Positions 1 through 13,649 are shown, numbered from the stretch's first letter. The stretch is DNA of 64,000 nt from Tubiluchus corallicola (GCA_030141605.1 JAQGDQ010000035.1:806001-870000), one strand, 5' to 3'. The notes: generated by a model not told the origin, from the sequence alone. Translations and numbers: made by a program.

Positions 1-49
1 TAAACGCATGAAAGTCATACCAATTTAGAAACTCCTTCTGCATTTCAGA

Positions 50-545
50 AATACCAAAAACCTTCTGCATTCAAGGTAGCTATGCTAGCCATTATACTAC
101 AGAGGTGCTCCACTTTTTACACTCAGGTGTCTTCGTCTCCAAGATTCTGTAAGCCACTAGAAGCACGTCAAATGGGAAAGCGTAGTCCACATCAAGAAAT
201 AGAGTAAGATCAATCATATAAGCGAATGAAAGTAATACTAAATAATAAAGAATGTCAAAATTTTGTACATCCACAGGGATTCGAACTCGAAAACTTCTGC
301 CTTCCAAGCATCTATGTTAACCATTACACTCCACAGGCACTCGACTTTTCAGACTCAGAAATTTATTTCATAAGTCACATGAGGTGTGCCCCTTTCAACG
401 GAGACTCATATTCCTCATTGCATTAAGATATGTGGCAAGCCCAATCCAATAACACTAAATTAGGAAGTCTGAAAAATGTTGCTCTACAATGGGATTCGAA
501 CTTAAGACCTTCTGCTTTCTTGACAGCTATGACTCTATTCGAAGT
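50..545 (-). repeat. Three tandem tRNA-derived SINE-like heads (~215-230 bp spacing)
   Basis: The minus strand of 276-342 reads GAGTGCCTGTGGAGTGTAATGGTTAACATAGATGCTTGGAAGGCAGAAGTTTTCGAGTTCGAATCCC, with A-box- and B-box-like motifs. GGGATTCGAAC recurs at 276 and 491, and a third related copy lies at ~50-110. None folds as a clean tRNA. Confidence 0.6.
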
Positions 546-1229
546 AGTTTGCTGTTTTAAACATTTTAAAAAAGATGAATAAAATTTTGATTTAATTTTG
601 TCCAAATTAATCATCATAGTTTTCTAAGGAAAAAAGGGGTTTCTCAGATTCAAGATAATACTAAACGAAATCTTATTTGGTGACTGTATCACGGGTCACG
701 TGGCAAACAAGTACTGATAAGGCGATTGAACAATTAATGTGTTCATAGAATATATTTTTGCTACTTCGAATTTCATAAAATGGATAAAGCCGTCAAAGAT
801 GCGTTAAAAGACCGAACTTTAATATCGATACAACAAAGATGCGTATTATAAACAACGCAAGCTTAGTCGAACGTCAGTAATTTAGGTGAGCAGCTTCAGC
901 TTTTGATATAAGCTTTGAAAAGCTTCTCGGCGTTTAAATAGCCTTAGAGATTTATCAAACAAATGCGGTTGATACTCACTATGGAAAATGTGCCGTCAGA
1001 TGGCTTCTGATGTGTCTACTTATCTGACTGTGCAACTTTAATTATTAAACAGAACGTGTAAAGGACCGCTGAAAGCTAAGTAGTTTCGCCTTTGCAGTGA
1101 GAGTGATAGATTGTTTATATGTGTCGTCTTACTGTTAGAGCAATTTGTACGATATGCATCCTAATCTTTTGTGTGCTAGGATACATGCTTTGTCGCGTGC
1201 AAATAAGTGAATATACTTAGTGAACAAAG

Positions 1230-3900
1230 TTAATAATGATAAATAATCATTTTATTGCCTAAATCCGTATAAAAATGTCTTTGGCGTACAAACATTTGAA
1301 ATTCACAAGAAATCTACGAACCATATTTTAGAGAACACAATTATGCAAATGCTTAAAAGAGTGACTTTAATACGTTATACAGACATAAATTAAAACAAAA
1401 AGTTAAAAAGCTTCTAAGAATAAAAATGTTGACGTTTAAAAACAGCAATACTGCGAGAGTTTTTTACCTTATCTGAAAGCATACACCATAAACGAGTGGC
1501 AGCACTGGAAAAAGATATATCTCCAATTGAAACAAGACTAGTTCTAGGTTGTACTAAAGTATTAATATGAGATGGGCTTAGCCGGCGGGCGGGATGGTGT
1601 GCCCTTTTGTAAAAGCTCAGACAAATAACTGGGAGCTTGTACATCCACGCATTTGTAGGTAAGAAGAAAAATTTTCAATTTAATTCTTTGATGGACTGAA
1701 AGCCAATGTAGTTCCATGAGGATGGGTGTTATATAACAGAATTTCTTGGTATGGGTCAGTAGGCGAGCTGAAGTTCTGAATGTAGCAAACTGATACTCCA
1801 TACGCAAGTGAATTGAAGTAATCACGACGTGAAGTTACAAAATTATAAATAAGCTCATCTTGTGTTTTAGAATCAAGAAAGTACATTATTTTACTTATAT
1901 TACACAAGTGTTCACATGTTTGTCCATAGTTATATTCGAGTCAAATGTACAGCCCATACTCTTTAGTAGACGTTTATAGTTTTACTAGAAGCCAGGGTTG
2001 AATCATCCACAGTGAGGCTCAGATTGGGCAGTTTTGACAATTGACCAGGTGTTTCAAAGTAAATAAATTCGGTATTATTAGCGTTCAAAGCCAGAAAATT
2101 CATTTTCACCCAAGATACGACTTCTTTAACACACTGATTTGGTGTCATATTCGGAAGTAGGATCATTTGGCTGAATAGAAATGTAAAGTTGGCTATCATC
2201 AACATAGAAATGATACGCTAACCCAAATTTACGTATAAGATCACCTAGTGGTAAGATTAAATTGCATATAGCATAGGTCCTGGAACAGACCCTTGGGGCA
2301 CACCATCAGACATTTCTACCGTAGATGAATTTACGTTATCTAATCGAACACAATTTACCTTACCTAATCGAACTCGCATAATGAAATGCGAGTGGTTCCA
2401 ACGTAACACCATTCCTATGCAGTAGTATTTGGTGTCAATCGTATCAAAGGCCGTACTAATATTTAATTGTACCAGACAAACTACTAGTTTCTCATCAATA
2501 GTAAATAATATGTCGTTTTGAATGCGAAGCAATGCAGTTTCGGTACTGCAATGTTCGGCTTAAAAATTTTCACTAATATTATTAGCCACTAAATGATTGA
2601 GTAGCTGATTTGCTACCACATGTTCATTTGTCTTCGGTAGAAACGACAAGGTAGATACTGGGCGATAGTTAGCCAAGTTATCTGCATCAAGATTGTACTA
2701 CTTTAATAGTGGCTTGACTAGTGCATGTTTTAATGACGAAGGGAATATACCTGACTGCAATGGTTAGTTTACAATTTGTAAGACAGGTGACGCAAAGCAG
2801 GGCATAGAGTTCTTCAGTCTTCAAGTAGGAATACAATCAAGCGTGCACTGCTTAGAAGACGATTTCTTAATTATATCTGCAACCTCATCTATGTTAATAA
2901 GGTTAAAAAACTATGCTGTTTTAAATTTATTGAAACTAGCTGATGTAAAAATTGTTGAGAGTCCGCACTGCTGACATCGTTCATATGCACGTTAAAATCA
3001 CCAGTTATTGGTAACTTGCTAGAATAAACAGCTAATTGTTCTAGAACTTCCACAAATTCATCCAAACTGGTAAGTTGTGGCTTTATTTTAGCTCTTGGTG
3101 GTAGTCTGTATGTAACTACAAGATGGATGAGTTGTGATTGTACAGTAAAGGTGGCACTTACAGTTTCAAAAGAGACGGCTGACTGTAATCGCTTCCCTTT
3201 AAAAGCAGCATTGGAAATTATGTCAACACCTCCATCTTTCCATTTGCTTCCGGATTTATGAAAAAAGTCTAAGCCTCAAGTTTTAAGATTTGAAGCGGTA
3301 GCACCACCCCCATCTGTTAACCACGTCTCAGTCATTGCTCTTTTAATTATGAATATCGTTTTTTATCATGTAGTCAATAATCGTCGATGATTTATTAACA
3401 ATGGATTGAGCAGTAATAACTGCTAGCTGTACACTATCTTTCTTGCAATACTGTTTTCGTGTACAGTTTATACTAATCAAGCTTGACAAATTAATCCCAC
3501 CGAGTTTGTCCGTGTAATAAACTCGAGAAACTAGTTTCTTAACCAGAGGAGATATGGGAGCTAAAGTGTAGATGGTTATTAAATTTCCCTGTCACACTGA
3601 CTGACAGTTGGAAAACGCGTTTTTATATTCGCAGACGTTCTTACGGGTATGGGCTGACTGTACAGATGAGAATTTTTTCCCGTTCAACAGCCACGTAATG
3701 TAAATGGAACAGAATTAATCCCACGATTTATAATGACGTTCATAGTCCTTCCGGAAAGTCTATAAGGTTTGAAGTGATTCTTCAAATAGGCTCTCTAGCA
3801 TAAAAAGTCAGCGCTGAATGTAGTCATATTGCATGAAGTAGTATGCATACTAGCCTTTGTCCACTCAGAAACACGATTAAGACTACCGTAGCTGCCATTA
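1230..3900 (-). mobile_element. Degenerate L2-clade LINE (ORF2 remnant: APE endonuclease, RT, C-terminus; internally deleted)
   Basis: Minus-strand fragments: AQSIVNK...MTETWL (APE, ~3320-3420); LRIQNDIL..ID...L..STAFDTID and GVPQGSVPGPML (RT, 2257-2532); ITPILMELHWLSVHQRIKLKIFLLTYK...APSYLSELL (typical L2 C-terminus, 1562-1825). AATAAA at ~1250. Many stops and frameshifts. Confidence 0.88.
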
Positions 3901-3919
3901 AAATTTCACTTTCCAATGC

Positions 3920-5345
3920 AAAAACTATCCAAAAGAAGTTAAGCAGAGGATATTAGTGCCTATTTCAAAACCTAAAAAGAAGAAAAGAGCAGAAGAAAGT
4001 TCAAGACCAATTACACTGTTGAGTTTGTTAACAAAAATCTTGGTTATATGCATGATCAGACGCTTACATGGCAGATTAAATTGCAACATTCCACGTCAAG
4101 CTGCATATAGGGAGGGAAGAAGCACTACTGAACTAGTAATGTTAGCAAAAACACTAGCAGAAAAAGCAATCACATCCAGTTCTTATCAAATCATGGTTTT
4201 GGTACTTGATATGAGCAAGACATTTGATTTTGTAGAGGGAGGAATTCTCTTCGATGCCCTACAAATCATACTACAACCAGATGAAATGCACATTAGCACA
4301 ATTCTACTAAAGGATGTTAAACTTACTGTAGAAGTTGGGGACACCTTAGGAAGAACTTAATACAAATACTGGGGTTCCACAGGGGAACTGTCTTAGTCCA
4401 GTACATTTTTACGCTCTACCTAGCAAATGCACTTAAGATCCAGACTCCTCCAAATGATGATCATAATTACGATACCACTGTCTGTGATAACCTTCCCTAA
4501 CATGTTCTGGATCATTCCTATTCTACTGTGAAAGCCTATGAACCATTCCTTATTAATCAACAATACTCTGATGATATACGATGGATTAGTGTATCAACTT
4601 TTCAAGCTAACATAATAAAAAGGAGTTTTCCAAAAAAACTAGAAAAAAGAAAACTTCAAGTAAATCAGTCAAAAACAGAAGAATATATTATTGCAAGAGA
4701 TGGCAATCAGTCTTGGAAAAAGTGCAAGTACATTTGCACTTTTCTAAGCACCGAAGATGATATTAAAAGTAGAAAGCAACAAACAATGCATGCTTTCCTT
4801 CAGCACGCATGCTTTCCTTCATTCTTTCCATTAACTAGCAAGAAATTAAGTCCTCAAGACTTTGATTATTTAATGCTTACGTTACCAGCATATTTATGTA
4901 CAACAGCGAAACTTGGGGTTTAACGATTACTCAAGAAAAGCATATTGACACATTTCATAGACGTCTTCTGAGAAAAGTTTTACAGATAAGATGGCCATAC
5001 ATAATCAAACACGAAGATTTATAAATCAGAACGAAAGAAATTTCTTGAAGTTCAAAAGTCAAGATCCGAAGATTAAGATGGCTAGGACATCTTCCAAGAT
5101 TACCAAATGAAGCACTAGTAAGAGTCGCCTTAAAGGAAGCCTTGTAAAAAACACCTGGCAATAGTGGCAAACCAAAAAAAAAACTTAAATAGCTAAGATA
5201 ACAACTTCAACCAAATCTACCTTTAGGAGTAGAAAATCTTACGCTGTTAAAATCTAGATCGAAGTGGGCGAAATATTCTAATAAGTATTGATGCCCCAAT
5301 GCCTACAATAGGTGGAATGAGAATTTGAAGAAGATGAAGAAAATG
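3920..5345 (+). mobile_element. 5'-truncated RTE-group (RTE/Proto2-like) LINE, RT remnant
   Basis: RPITLLS...QAAYREGRST...LDMSKTFD (3956-4360), GVPQGNCLSP (~4371), QQYSDDI and VNQSKTEEY (4528-4923), RLRWLGHL (~5070). Ends in a TGAAGAAGATGAAGA tail at ~5326-5340. Confidence 0.85.
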
Positions 5346-5721
5346 GAAAAAGTCGTTGTTTGAGCTGTCTTTTTATTCTTCTTTGAAACTAAATTAATGT
5401 CATGGCTCTTACCTTCGTAGATCCATTGCATAACAAAATTAAATGCATCCCTCCACTTTAATAAGCTCCACGTAAATAAATACTTAAAACACGGAAATAT
5501 TTTGAAATTGCTGACAAAGGGAGCATGCGCACTAGAATATGAACGTAGTTTAAGTAACACTCAGCCTAGTTACTAACCAGATGGAGGAGTTGTCACCTCA
5601 CATTCTTTAAATTGCCTATTCTTGCTAAGCTCGCGGCTTGGATACCACCAGAAGGCCTGACGTCATTGTCATCGCCATTATTTATGAAATATTTATGTAT
5701 AGTGACGACGGGATATTAAGG

Positions 5722-5748
5722 ATATATATATATATATATATATATATA
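5722..5748. repeat. (TA)n microsatellite
   Basis: Perfect TA run. Confidence 0.95.
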
Positions 5749-6235
5749 ATGTTTTAGCCAAGCAATCTAAATTATGAAGTTGCATCATCAGACGAGATAA
5801 CGGAAATGAATTCTTAATGACAAGAATGGTGACAATGAATTTAAACAAATCTCACAATTTTTTTAAACACGGCAAAGGAAAAAGTAAAAAACACTAGGTT
5901 TGAAAGTACCAATGTTCTTTATCTTGAGATAAAAGAGCACAAAATTACTAATGCTAATTTTTTGGTGGGAATTTTTTTATATTAGTAGCACAAAATTATC
6001 ACAGGATAAAAGGATACGAGCACGTAGAAAAAGCAGAAAAGACCAGTAAATAAAAAATACAAAGAGAAACGCAGTTGTGTAAAATCAATAAAGTGAAAAT
6101 GGTAAAACTCGTGAAATTTATGCGTAAGTCTTTTTCTTAATCAGTATGTAAACTACAAAATGTTTGAAGTGCAATAGACCAAATAAAATTGAAACCAATT
6201 TTAGCAAGGTTTAAGTTCTACAGTGCTCAACTAGC

Positions 6236-6990
6236 ACATATGATATTTTATAGTAAAAGGGCAACAGAGAACATATGATATTTTTATGGAAAAATGGTAA
6301 CATGGAACATATGATATCGGACTGAATTCGACTTGGCTCGGGAGTCAGAGTGTCGATTCCAGGATGGCATGGCGGTCTTTGAATTCCGCATTATGAAAAT
6401 TCATTTTGTATAGTTGTTCTCTAATGTAATAACTTAACTAATGAAATTTCGTAATTACAAATGTTGTCTTAATTAGTAATAAATTGTTTACCACATACCT
6501 TTTGTAACAAGTCATCTAGTACACACAAAAGTCATAAAATAGAAGACTAGATTAACACTGTAATAAGTTTTATTACCAGCACTAATAACAGAAAAAAGGA
6601 AGAAAATACACAAGAAGAAACTAACTAAGTAAATAACAGCACTCAGATACTAGGCCGAGGAACACCTTTGTCAGGAATCAAAGCTGCAGTGACCTCTACA
6701 CACTTTTATACTGGCATTCCAGGTCAGTTGGCTTCTTACCCAAACAAGACGTCTGGACCTACAAGGAAGGGGTGAGTTGCTGCTAACGTGAAAGCAGGGC
6801 GTGTAGAGGGCCCAGCACCTGACCCGACACAGGTGACTCCGTAACAGTATTCTATAGTAAAAGGTCAACATAGAACAAATGATATTCTATAGTAACTGGG
6901 CAACATAGAACGTATGATGTTCCACAATAAAAGGGTACATAGAACATGCATATGCTATTATTCTGTAGTAAAAAGGCAGCACGTATGTAT
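6236..6990. repeat. ~33-34 bp minisatellite (CATATGATATTYTATAGTAAAAGGGCAACATAGAA-like), split by an insertion
   Basis: Copies at 6236-6318 resume at 6847-6990 after unrelated sequence. Confidence 0.8.
6503..6846 (-). mobile_element. Probable solo LTR (~344 bp)
   Basis: The minus strand begins TGTTAC and ends GTTACA, with an internal TATA-like GTATAAAAG (~6703-6711) followed by AATAAA (~6570). No target-site duplication found. Confidence 0.55.
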
Positions 6991-8477
6991 TCTCTATAAC
7001 ATCAAAACTGTTGCTCAGCCGCTGATGATTTAATCTTTTTTCAACGTTACGCAAAGTAAAACTTTACTTTGAGTCGATTTTTATGCTTTTTTTCTTTATG
7101 GACTAGAATTAAGTTAAAACCTATAGCCCTAAATAAATACTTAATTAAATACGTTTTCTTTCTTACTTTGTACTTGTAAAACCTATAACATTATGTAAAG
7201 CTGTTTCTGTTGTCTGAATCATTTTTTGTTGCGTCCATTTTTTAAAATATTGTTATTGAATATAACAGCTTTGGTACATTGTTTGAAAAATTAAATGGTA
7301 AAAAACACAATATTATGACAAAATAAGGAAGCATAAGTCCCTATGATTGAGATACGTCATGAATTATATTCGAACTTGAACTGCGCAAAATCAAAGGGCT
7401 TATTGAGCACGAACTTGTTATTGGGTTTTATAAGGTACCGAATTAATGAGTGGCATCGATTGCCAGCGCGTGCATTAATTACGCATATTAGGACTATGGT
7501 GGACAATTAAATAAGTATCCACAATTTACTGAAACACTTATTTTATGATTCGATTGTTCAAGTTATCAAAGAGCAAAAAATATCGTCAATGCATCATTTT
7601 GTCCGTCTCTCATTCGCCAGCGTATCGTCGTCATTTCACAGATGGATATTACAAAAAATGCAATAGGTGTCTAAATATGGTGGTCATATTTGACATCAAA
7701 ATTGACCGAAAAGGCCTCCGTGAAACGATTGTGCTCGTCAATTGTAAACCGTACATAACTGGTTGTACATACTGGATGGCATATTTTTGGATTCCCGACC
7801 AAACGTAGAATTTGATGCCAAAATTCTGAAACGGTGTTTATTTTGGCTAAAATTTGTGATTTGTGAATGTTAAAAAACAAGCATTCAGGAAATGTTATTT
7901 TTGAAGCTTTGTGTCTTACGGTTAAAGAGTTTTTCGATTCAGTTTCAAAGGCATTGAGGTTGACCAGATTGTTTGGCACGTTAGTAATAAAGAGCAATTG
8001 CCATGTGATCCTAAGGCCATTGGTCGCCAGCGGTTGAGTGGCTTAAGATATTAGCTTAAAATAATGTTTAAATTTTTATTATAAGAAAAAAGATGGTTGT
8101 TTACTGGTCACAAGCTTTTTCATTTTATTGAGAGACTAATAATCAATCTAAATGTTTCAGTACTTGTAGAAGTTTGGTGCCAGTAAACAAAACGTGTTTT
8201 TTCTTGTTTTTTCTTGTAAATAAAAATCTAAATAATATGCGTGGTTTGCTATTATTATATTGATAAAATACTAGATTAAGTATATCACATACCAAACCGT
8301 GTATGCAAGAAATTTTGCTACTTTTTTCAAAATGCGAGAATTTGTTGTAGCGTGCTGTCGGTGATTTTTGCGAGAACTATTTAGTTTTCATACGTAAGCT
8401 TAATAAACTGGGTACTATATTTTGAAAAAAGCTGTTTCGAATAAATTTTAATCCAAACATGACCGAGTCGAAAACTG

Positions 8478-8552
8478 TTAAAAGGGAAAAATTGACACTC
8501 CTGGACAATACCAGGACAGCCATTGGAAAGAAGGTATTTTTCTCTCTGCCAA
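8478..8552 (-). CDS. Predicted terminal exon of the orphan gene (LAERKIPSFQWLSWYCPGVSIFPF*)
   Basis: Acceptor TTTCTTTTTTCTAG|TTG at 8553/8552, phase 0 compatible with exon 1. Stop TAA at 8480-8478. Minus-strand AATAAA near 8125. Confidence 0.5.
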   Translation of the reverse strand: MAERKIPSFQWLSWYCPGVSIFPF

Positions 8553-8723
8553 CTAGAAAAAAGAAACGTTTTAAAATGACCTAATTTTTTGAAACTATGC
8601 AGAACTTTTATTTCTCAAGTATTGTTTCCCACACTTGTGCTTGTTCTCTGTTAGTTATCAGACAAAATACAAGGAGTTTGTGAAAATTAGAAGTTTAAAA
8701 ACATATCTAGCTGATGGACTTAC

Positions 8724-9494
8724 CATCTTTTGTCGTCTGAAAAAACCGGGTTTGGGTTTTGATTTTCCACTGAATCTATGCAGTCCCGTTACAAAGAGTT
8801 CATTAACACTATTATAAAACGCCACCGTGGTTGACTCTGGTTCTTTAACTTTCTTTCTTCTACCAACTTTAACTGTAGCAAAATCTTTCAGTCGCTGCCA
8901 TTTGCTTTTTGGCGGTGGCGGCGGCGGTGGCGGCGATGTTTCCTGTTGAACCGCAACCAGATTCACAATAGCGTTAAACTGAAGTGAGATAGATTGTCTT
9001 ATGTGGCTGTAATAGGAAGTTTCTGGCGCAGTAACTGACCCTGTGCTTCCCTTACGGCTACCACATACAGATGGAGCAAAACTTCCACGTCGACTTCCAC
9101 AAATTGAAGGTGCAGTGGTACCTTGATAATTGTTACCAACTGACGGCGTACAACTTGCTCTTCGACTTGAACTAATGTATGCAAGTGCACTGCCTCTCCT
9201 ACTTGTAGCAGTTGGTGTTTTGTCTCCAGTAAGAGCTCTGTCTGATGCTGATAGTCTTCTAAAACAAGAGTGTACGCCACTTCGTATATCAGATGTGGAA
9301 TGAGCTGCATTAGGACTTAATCTTTGGACTCCGTCTCCAGGAACTGGTTCACCAAAAATGTTCAGTGTACTCATGCGCCTGGTAAGCGCACCAACGTGCT
9401 CAGTAATGTCACCAGGGTTTAAAGCTACCCATGATTTTGTCCTACGCGGAGGATCGCGTGATCCTCTCCTAGCAGTTGGAGAAGGGTTGTACAT
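8724..9494 (-). CDS. Orphan Ser/Arg/Pro-rich protein, coding exon 1 (257 codons)
   Basis: Long, relatively GC-rich ORF from ATG 9494. Six RRxS plus one RKxS motif and a poly-Pro run. Perfect donor ATG|GTAAGT at 8724/8723, after which the ORF turns AT-rich and intron-like. Confidence 0.75.
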
Positions 9495-11998
9495 TTTTAC
9501 GTTTTACTTTTACACTTGTTGAAAGCTTTTATCTAAATGCTGAAAAAGCTGAGGTAACCTTAGCCAGTGTGCTAAGCGCGCGTTAACCAAGGTGGCTTCT
9601 CGTCGTTCTGCTGAGCGCAAGCCGCTTTAATCAATGAAGATACTCGACAAGTAATTTATTGCCGCGTTCCTCAGGTATCAGACGCAGTGACACGCACTAC
9701 GTTAAAACTAGAATTCAAATAAGATTGACCTTTATATCATTTTCGACAGAATTTTTCCAACCTTTCAAACTGAGTTTTCCTTTGGCGCGTGTTTCGCAAT
9801 TACAAGTTTTTTTATTATAAAAAGAAATTGATGGATTTTTGATTCGAAACTTTGTCGGCTTAAGGCTATATGGCAGCGACGGACAGTTTTCATAAATAAG
9901 TGTAGGAAAGTTATGGATGTTAAAAGGCTGTAAGCAAACGCGAAAGCAAAAAAATCTGTTTAAAATAAACGGTTTTTACAGAGTATAACTTATTTGCAGT
10001 TAAGTAGGACGGGCAATCATTAACATACGTTATCATTTGTAACCTTCACAATAATACTGCCTAACTCTGAAAGAAATGTTTTACCATGCATTAGTGTCTG
10101 CGAAATAGTTACAAAAAGTTTATATAACGTCTCCCACAAGCTTTGTTAGCTTACAGTGCTGTACGCAGTGAATTTTTGTAAAAAAATTTATGCGCGGTTT
10201 GTGCCCACACTGTTTTAATGTATAGTGTACAGTGAAATCAGTGTTGGGAGAGATGACAGGTTTATTCCCATGTTTTGTTTCAGTGCACATCTAAAAAGTT
10301 CTTCACATTATTTTATTTTATTGCATTTAAAAACGTTTCTTACATAAACAGAAGTAAGTCATAGAGCAAAACGTTAATAAATCAATGTAAATAAGACAAG
10401 GCTACAGTTATTAGTCAACATCACAATAATTTTAATTCATCTGTAGTACAAATTTTCTTTCGTTTCCTTCCTGCTGTCATTTCTAAACAGAAAGAGCTGC
10501 TCATTCTTTTGCTATCCATTTTTGCGTGTATTGTTGCACTGTTACTTACTTGATTGCCTTCTACGTTTGCTTGCTCATCGAGCTGTATATGGCATAATCA
10601 TGATGGAAAATATGACAGATACATTTTCCGTTGTAACAACATTCGTTAAGTTTATGCTACTAATAAAAACAATCCGTAATTTATGCAGATCTACTGGGAA
10701 AATACAAGTAAGAGATCGCCATCAAGTATTGAAATAAAACTTCATAATGCCCGTCCATCCATGATTTCGCTAATGCAACATGCACCCTGGTGAATAACAT
10801 TTCAGTTATTCTATACTGCTGTAGTCTGAATAAAATGGGAGCGTGTGGAAGCAAAGTTTCACTCTTCCATATAAGCTCCTATATTACTTCAAACAATTTA
10901 CAAACATTCAGTTCAATTTAGTTTATGATTATTTTTCTGGTGCAAAACAAGAAGATCTTTTTAACTATGTATCTTCATGATTAGCATGGATATTATTTTT
11001 GCCTTGACGCACTCGTCGCCTTGACGCAATTGAAGCTTCTTGACGCTGACAGGCGTTTATTGTACATATACATAACTCTTGGCTACTATAGCCGAGAATT
11101 ATGATCGGTGACGTGTAAAATGGAATGTCCGCGCATTGTTTTTAGAATCGATCACAAAGCGCAGGATCTTTAAAAGTTTGGTCAGGAGTTTTTCTCAGCT
11201 GGTCACATAGCAATAAAAGGTCATGTTGTTGTTGTTGTTGTTTGTGTGGTTGTGGTGGTGGTGTGGTGGTGTAAATGCTGGTGGCGGAGTTATGTTTCAT
11301 AATTTTAGCTTATGAAAACTATCACAGACTAAAGTTTTCATTATTGCGGGAAATTGAAGTTTTGCATGGAGATACTACGCAAATACTACTGCAAATAGTA
11401 TTATGGGCATACTGTCCAATTATAATCAGGGTTTGCTAAACTTTGTTGCTTGTATATCTACTGCTTAAACACTACCTACACGCCTACCAGGATATGATGT
11501 TATCATAAATGTGACTGCTAACTTGCCTAGTTGCGAAGTATAAATACAATTATCGAAGTTTGTTTCTTTATTTTTTATTATTTTAATTTTTGTATTTCTT
11601 CTTGTTTTTCAGGGTTACTATGATAATTACTAGAGCTCTTGTCTGCGGGCTATGTAATAAACATATTAAAATTTATCACAAAAGTTTGGCGTTTGACTGC
11701 TGTCATCTTGCAGTGGCTCCACCTAAAATACTCCTGGCTAAATGAAACCGACGACAACGATTTAATGACTAACATTGATGGTAGATTTTCTCACATCTGT
11801 CTGCAATGTCTGGTTTACAGATTGTGCACAATTTACACAATTGTTACACGTAAGCCATAGCAAAAAATGATAGATTTTAATATGATTTCCGGCAAATAAT
11901 CGGCAAATAAAAAAGGGCCGTAGTCTTTTGTACATAAAAATGGACTAAATTTTATTGTCAGAAAAGAAAAATCATTCAGCGAAAGGTGAATGTAACGA

Positions 11999-12725
11999 GT
12001 GGAAGCCACATAGCATAACGTTGGACTTCTAATTTATCTGGTTTCTAATGTAAATACAGTTTTCTCTTGCGCTATGTCTTGACAGACGTAAACGTGCTGT
12101 TGAAACTAAATTTGCTTACAATTGCACAGTATTTCTCAATAAAAATTTACTGTAACTTAACAGAGCTTTTTGCAAAAAAATAACGGACAGTAACATTTTA
12201 GGGTTTAGAGGCGAATTATCTGAAAACATAAAGTGAATTATTTATTATAACAGTTGATAAACTATTCGTCAATAACCCATTTATGAGAAAAATATTAAAA
12301 CGTATTACGATATTGTTTAATTTAGTTATGAATCAGATGAGTTTTTGCATCTATAAAAGCTCACAAAATGTAATCAAGATTGCAGTTTTACTGGACTGTG
12401 ATATAGCACAAATTATTATAATAATGCGTGCGTAGGTCCCCTATGATACTGTAATTGGCAAGGATTTAATAGAGAAACTAGTTTGGGAAAACTGCACAAT
12501 ATTATTAAAAAAGACAACAATAAAGCCAACAGTTTCCACTTATTGTTCTTATTTTTTTAGGTTTTGCAGTAAAGCAGTGAATGGAAGCCACACAGCATAA
12601 CGTTGCGGTTTTAGTTTAGCTGGTTTCTAATGTAGTATAGTTTTGTCTTGTGACTACGTTTTGATAGACCTGTGTTTTCTGTTAATGTGTTGTTGAAACT
12701 AAATTTGCTTACATTTGTGACACAG
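11999..12725 (+). repeat. Diverged ~135 bp direct duplication (11999-12130 vs 12580-12725)
   Basis: Shared TGGAAGCCACA.AGCATAACGTTG, CTGGTTTCTAATGTA and TGTTGAAACTAAATTTGCTTACA. Confidence 0.85.
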
Positions 12726-13027
12726 TTTGTAGAAATGATTAGCCAAAGCTTGTTGATTGTTAAGGCATTCCAGATCTCAATTTTTGATTATCTCTTGCAG
12801 TTGCGAAAATTCTTCAGTAATTTTGAAATTAATGAGGTATTGATATGGTTTTCACAGGCATAGCGATGTCGTGTTGTATAACAGACAAACTTGTAAGTGT
12901 GTTCCAGGCTTAACGTCTTAACAGCTCGTAGTTGGATGTGTGAGAATGTTATATTTTTTCTTACCGTTGTAGCTGTGGAAACGTATACTGAGCGTGTTCA
13001 TTACAAACTATAAAATTCAAATTGGTC

Positions 13028-13063
<36 letters not shown>

Positions 13064-13649
13064 TCTGTACCCAAAATTCTTTAATAATCCATACAAAAAA
13101 TGAATAGCAAACTTCATAATATCAGATGAATGAATACTGCGTGATGTGGCAAAACAATTCATCAAGTATATATGCCCAACTTTTTGGAAACATTTTTCTA
13201 ACATATACTAACTAGCTCAGTATCTAGATATTTTCAAGAAGCAATTCAGATATTATTTATTTTCAAATTATTTTCAAACAATATTTTATGAAGCATTCTA
13301 CTACTAAGCTACGAAGCGACAGCATTCCAAGCGAGACAAAATTCCAAAAAATTTATCAGCATACAATTGTCGTACTTTTGAGTTTACTTACATAACCACT
13401 TCCACTCATACGCGATTTCCGCTCCTTTGTCAGAATGCACAAGGTTCTCTTCAATTCTGGCAGCCAGACGAAACACTATTTACTTTGTGTGCTATTGTGT
13501 AGAATGTGAACGTTTTTGGGGGAAACTTTTTAACGATATTTTGTTTGTTGAGGTAAATAAATATTACAGTATTACAGACCATAACGGATTTTATACAGAC
13601 CGTAACAGATTTTTTACTTTCCCAATACGGCCCCTCGTATACACGATGA

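Noticed and set aside
276-342. Functional tRNA gene
   Set aside because: The acceptor and anticodon stems do not pair cleanly, and the neighbouring copies are degenerate.
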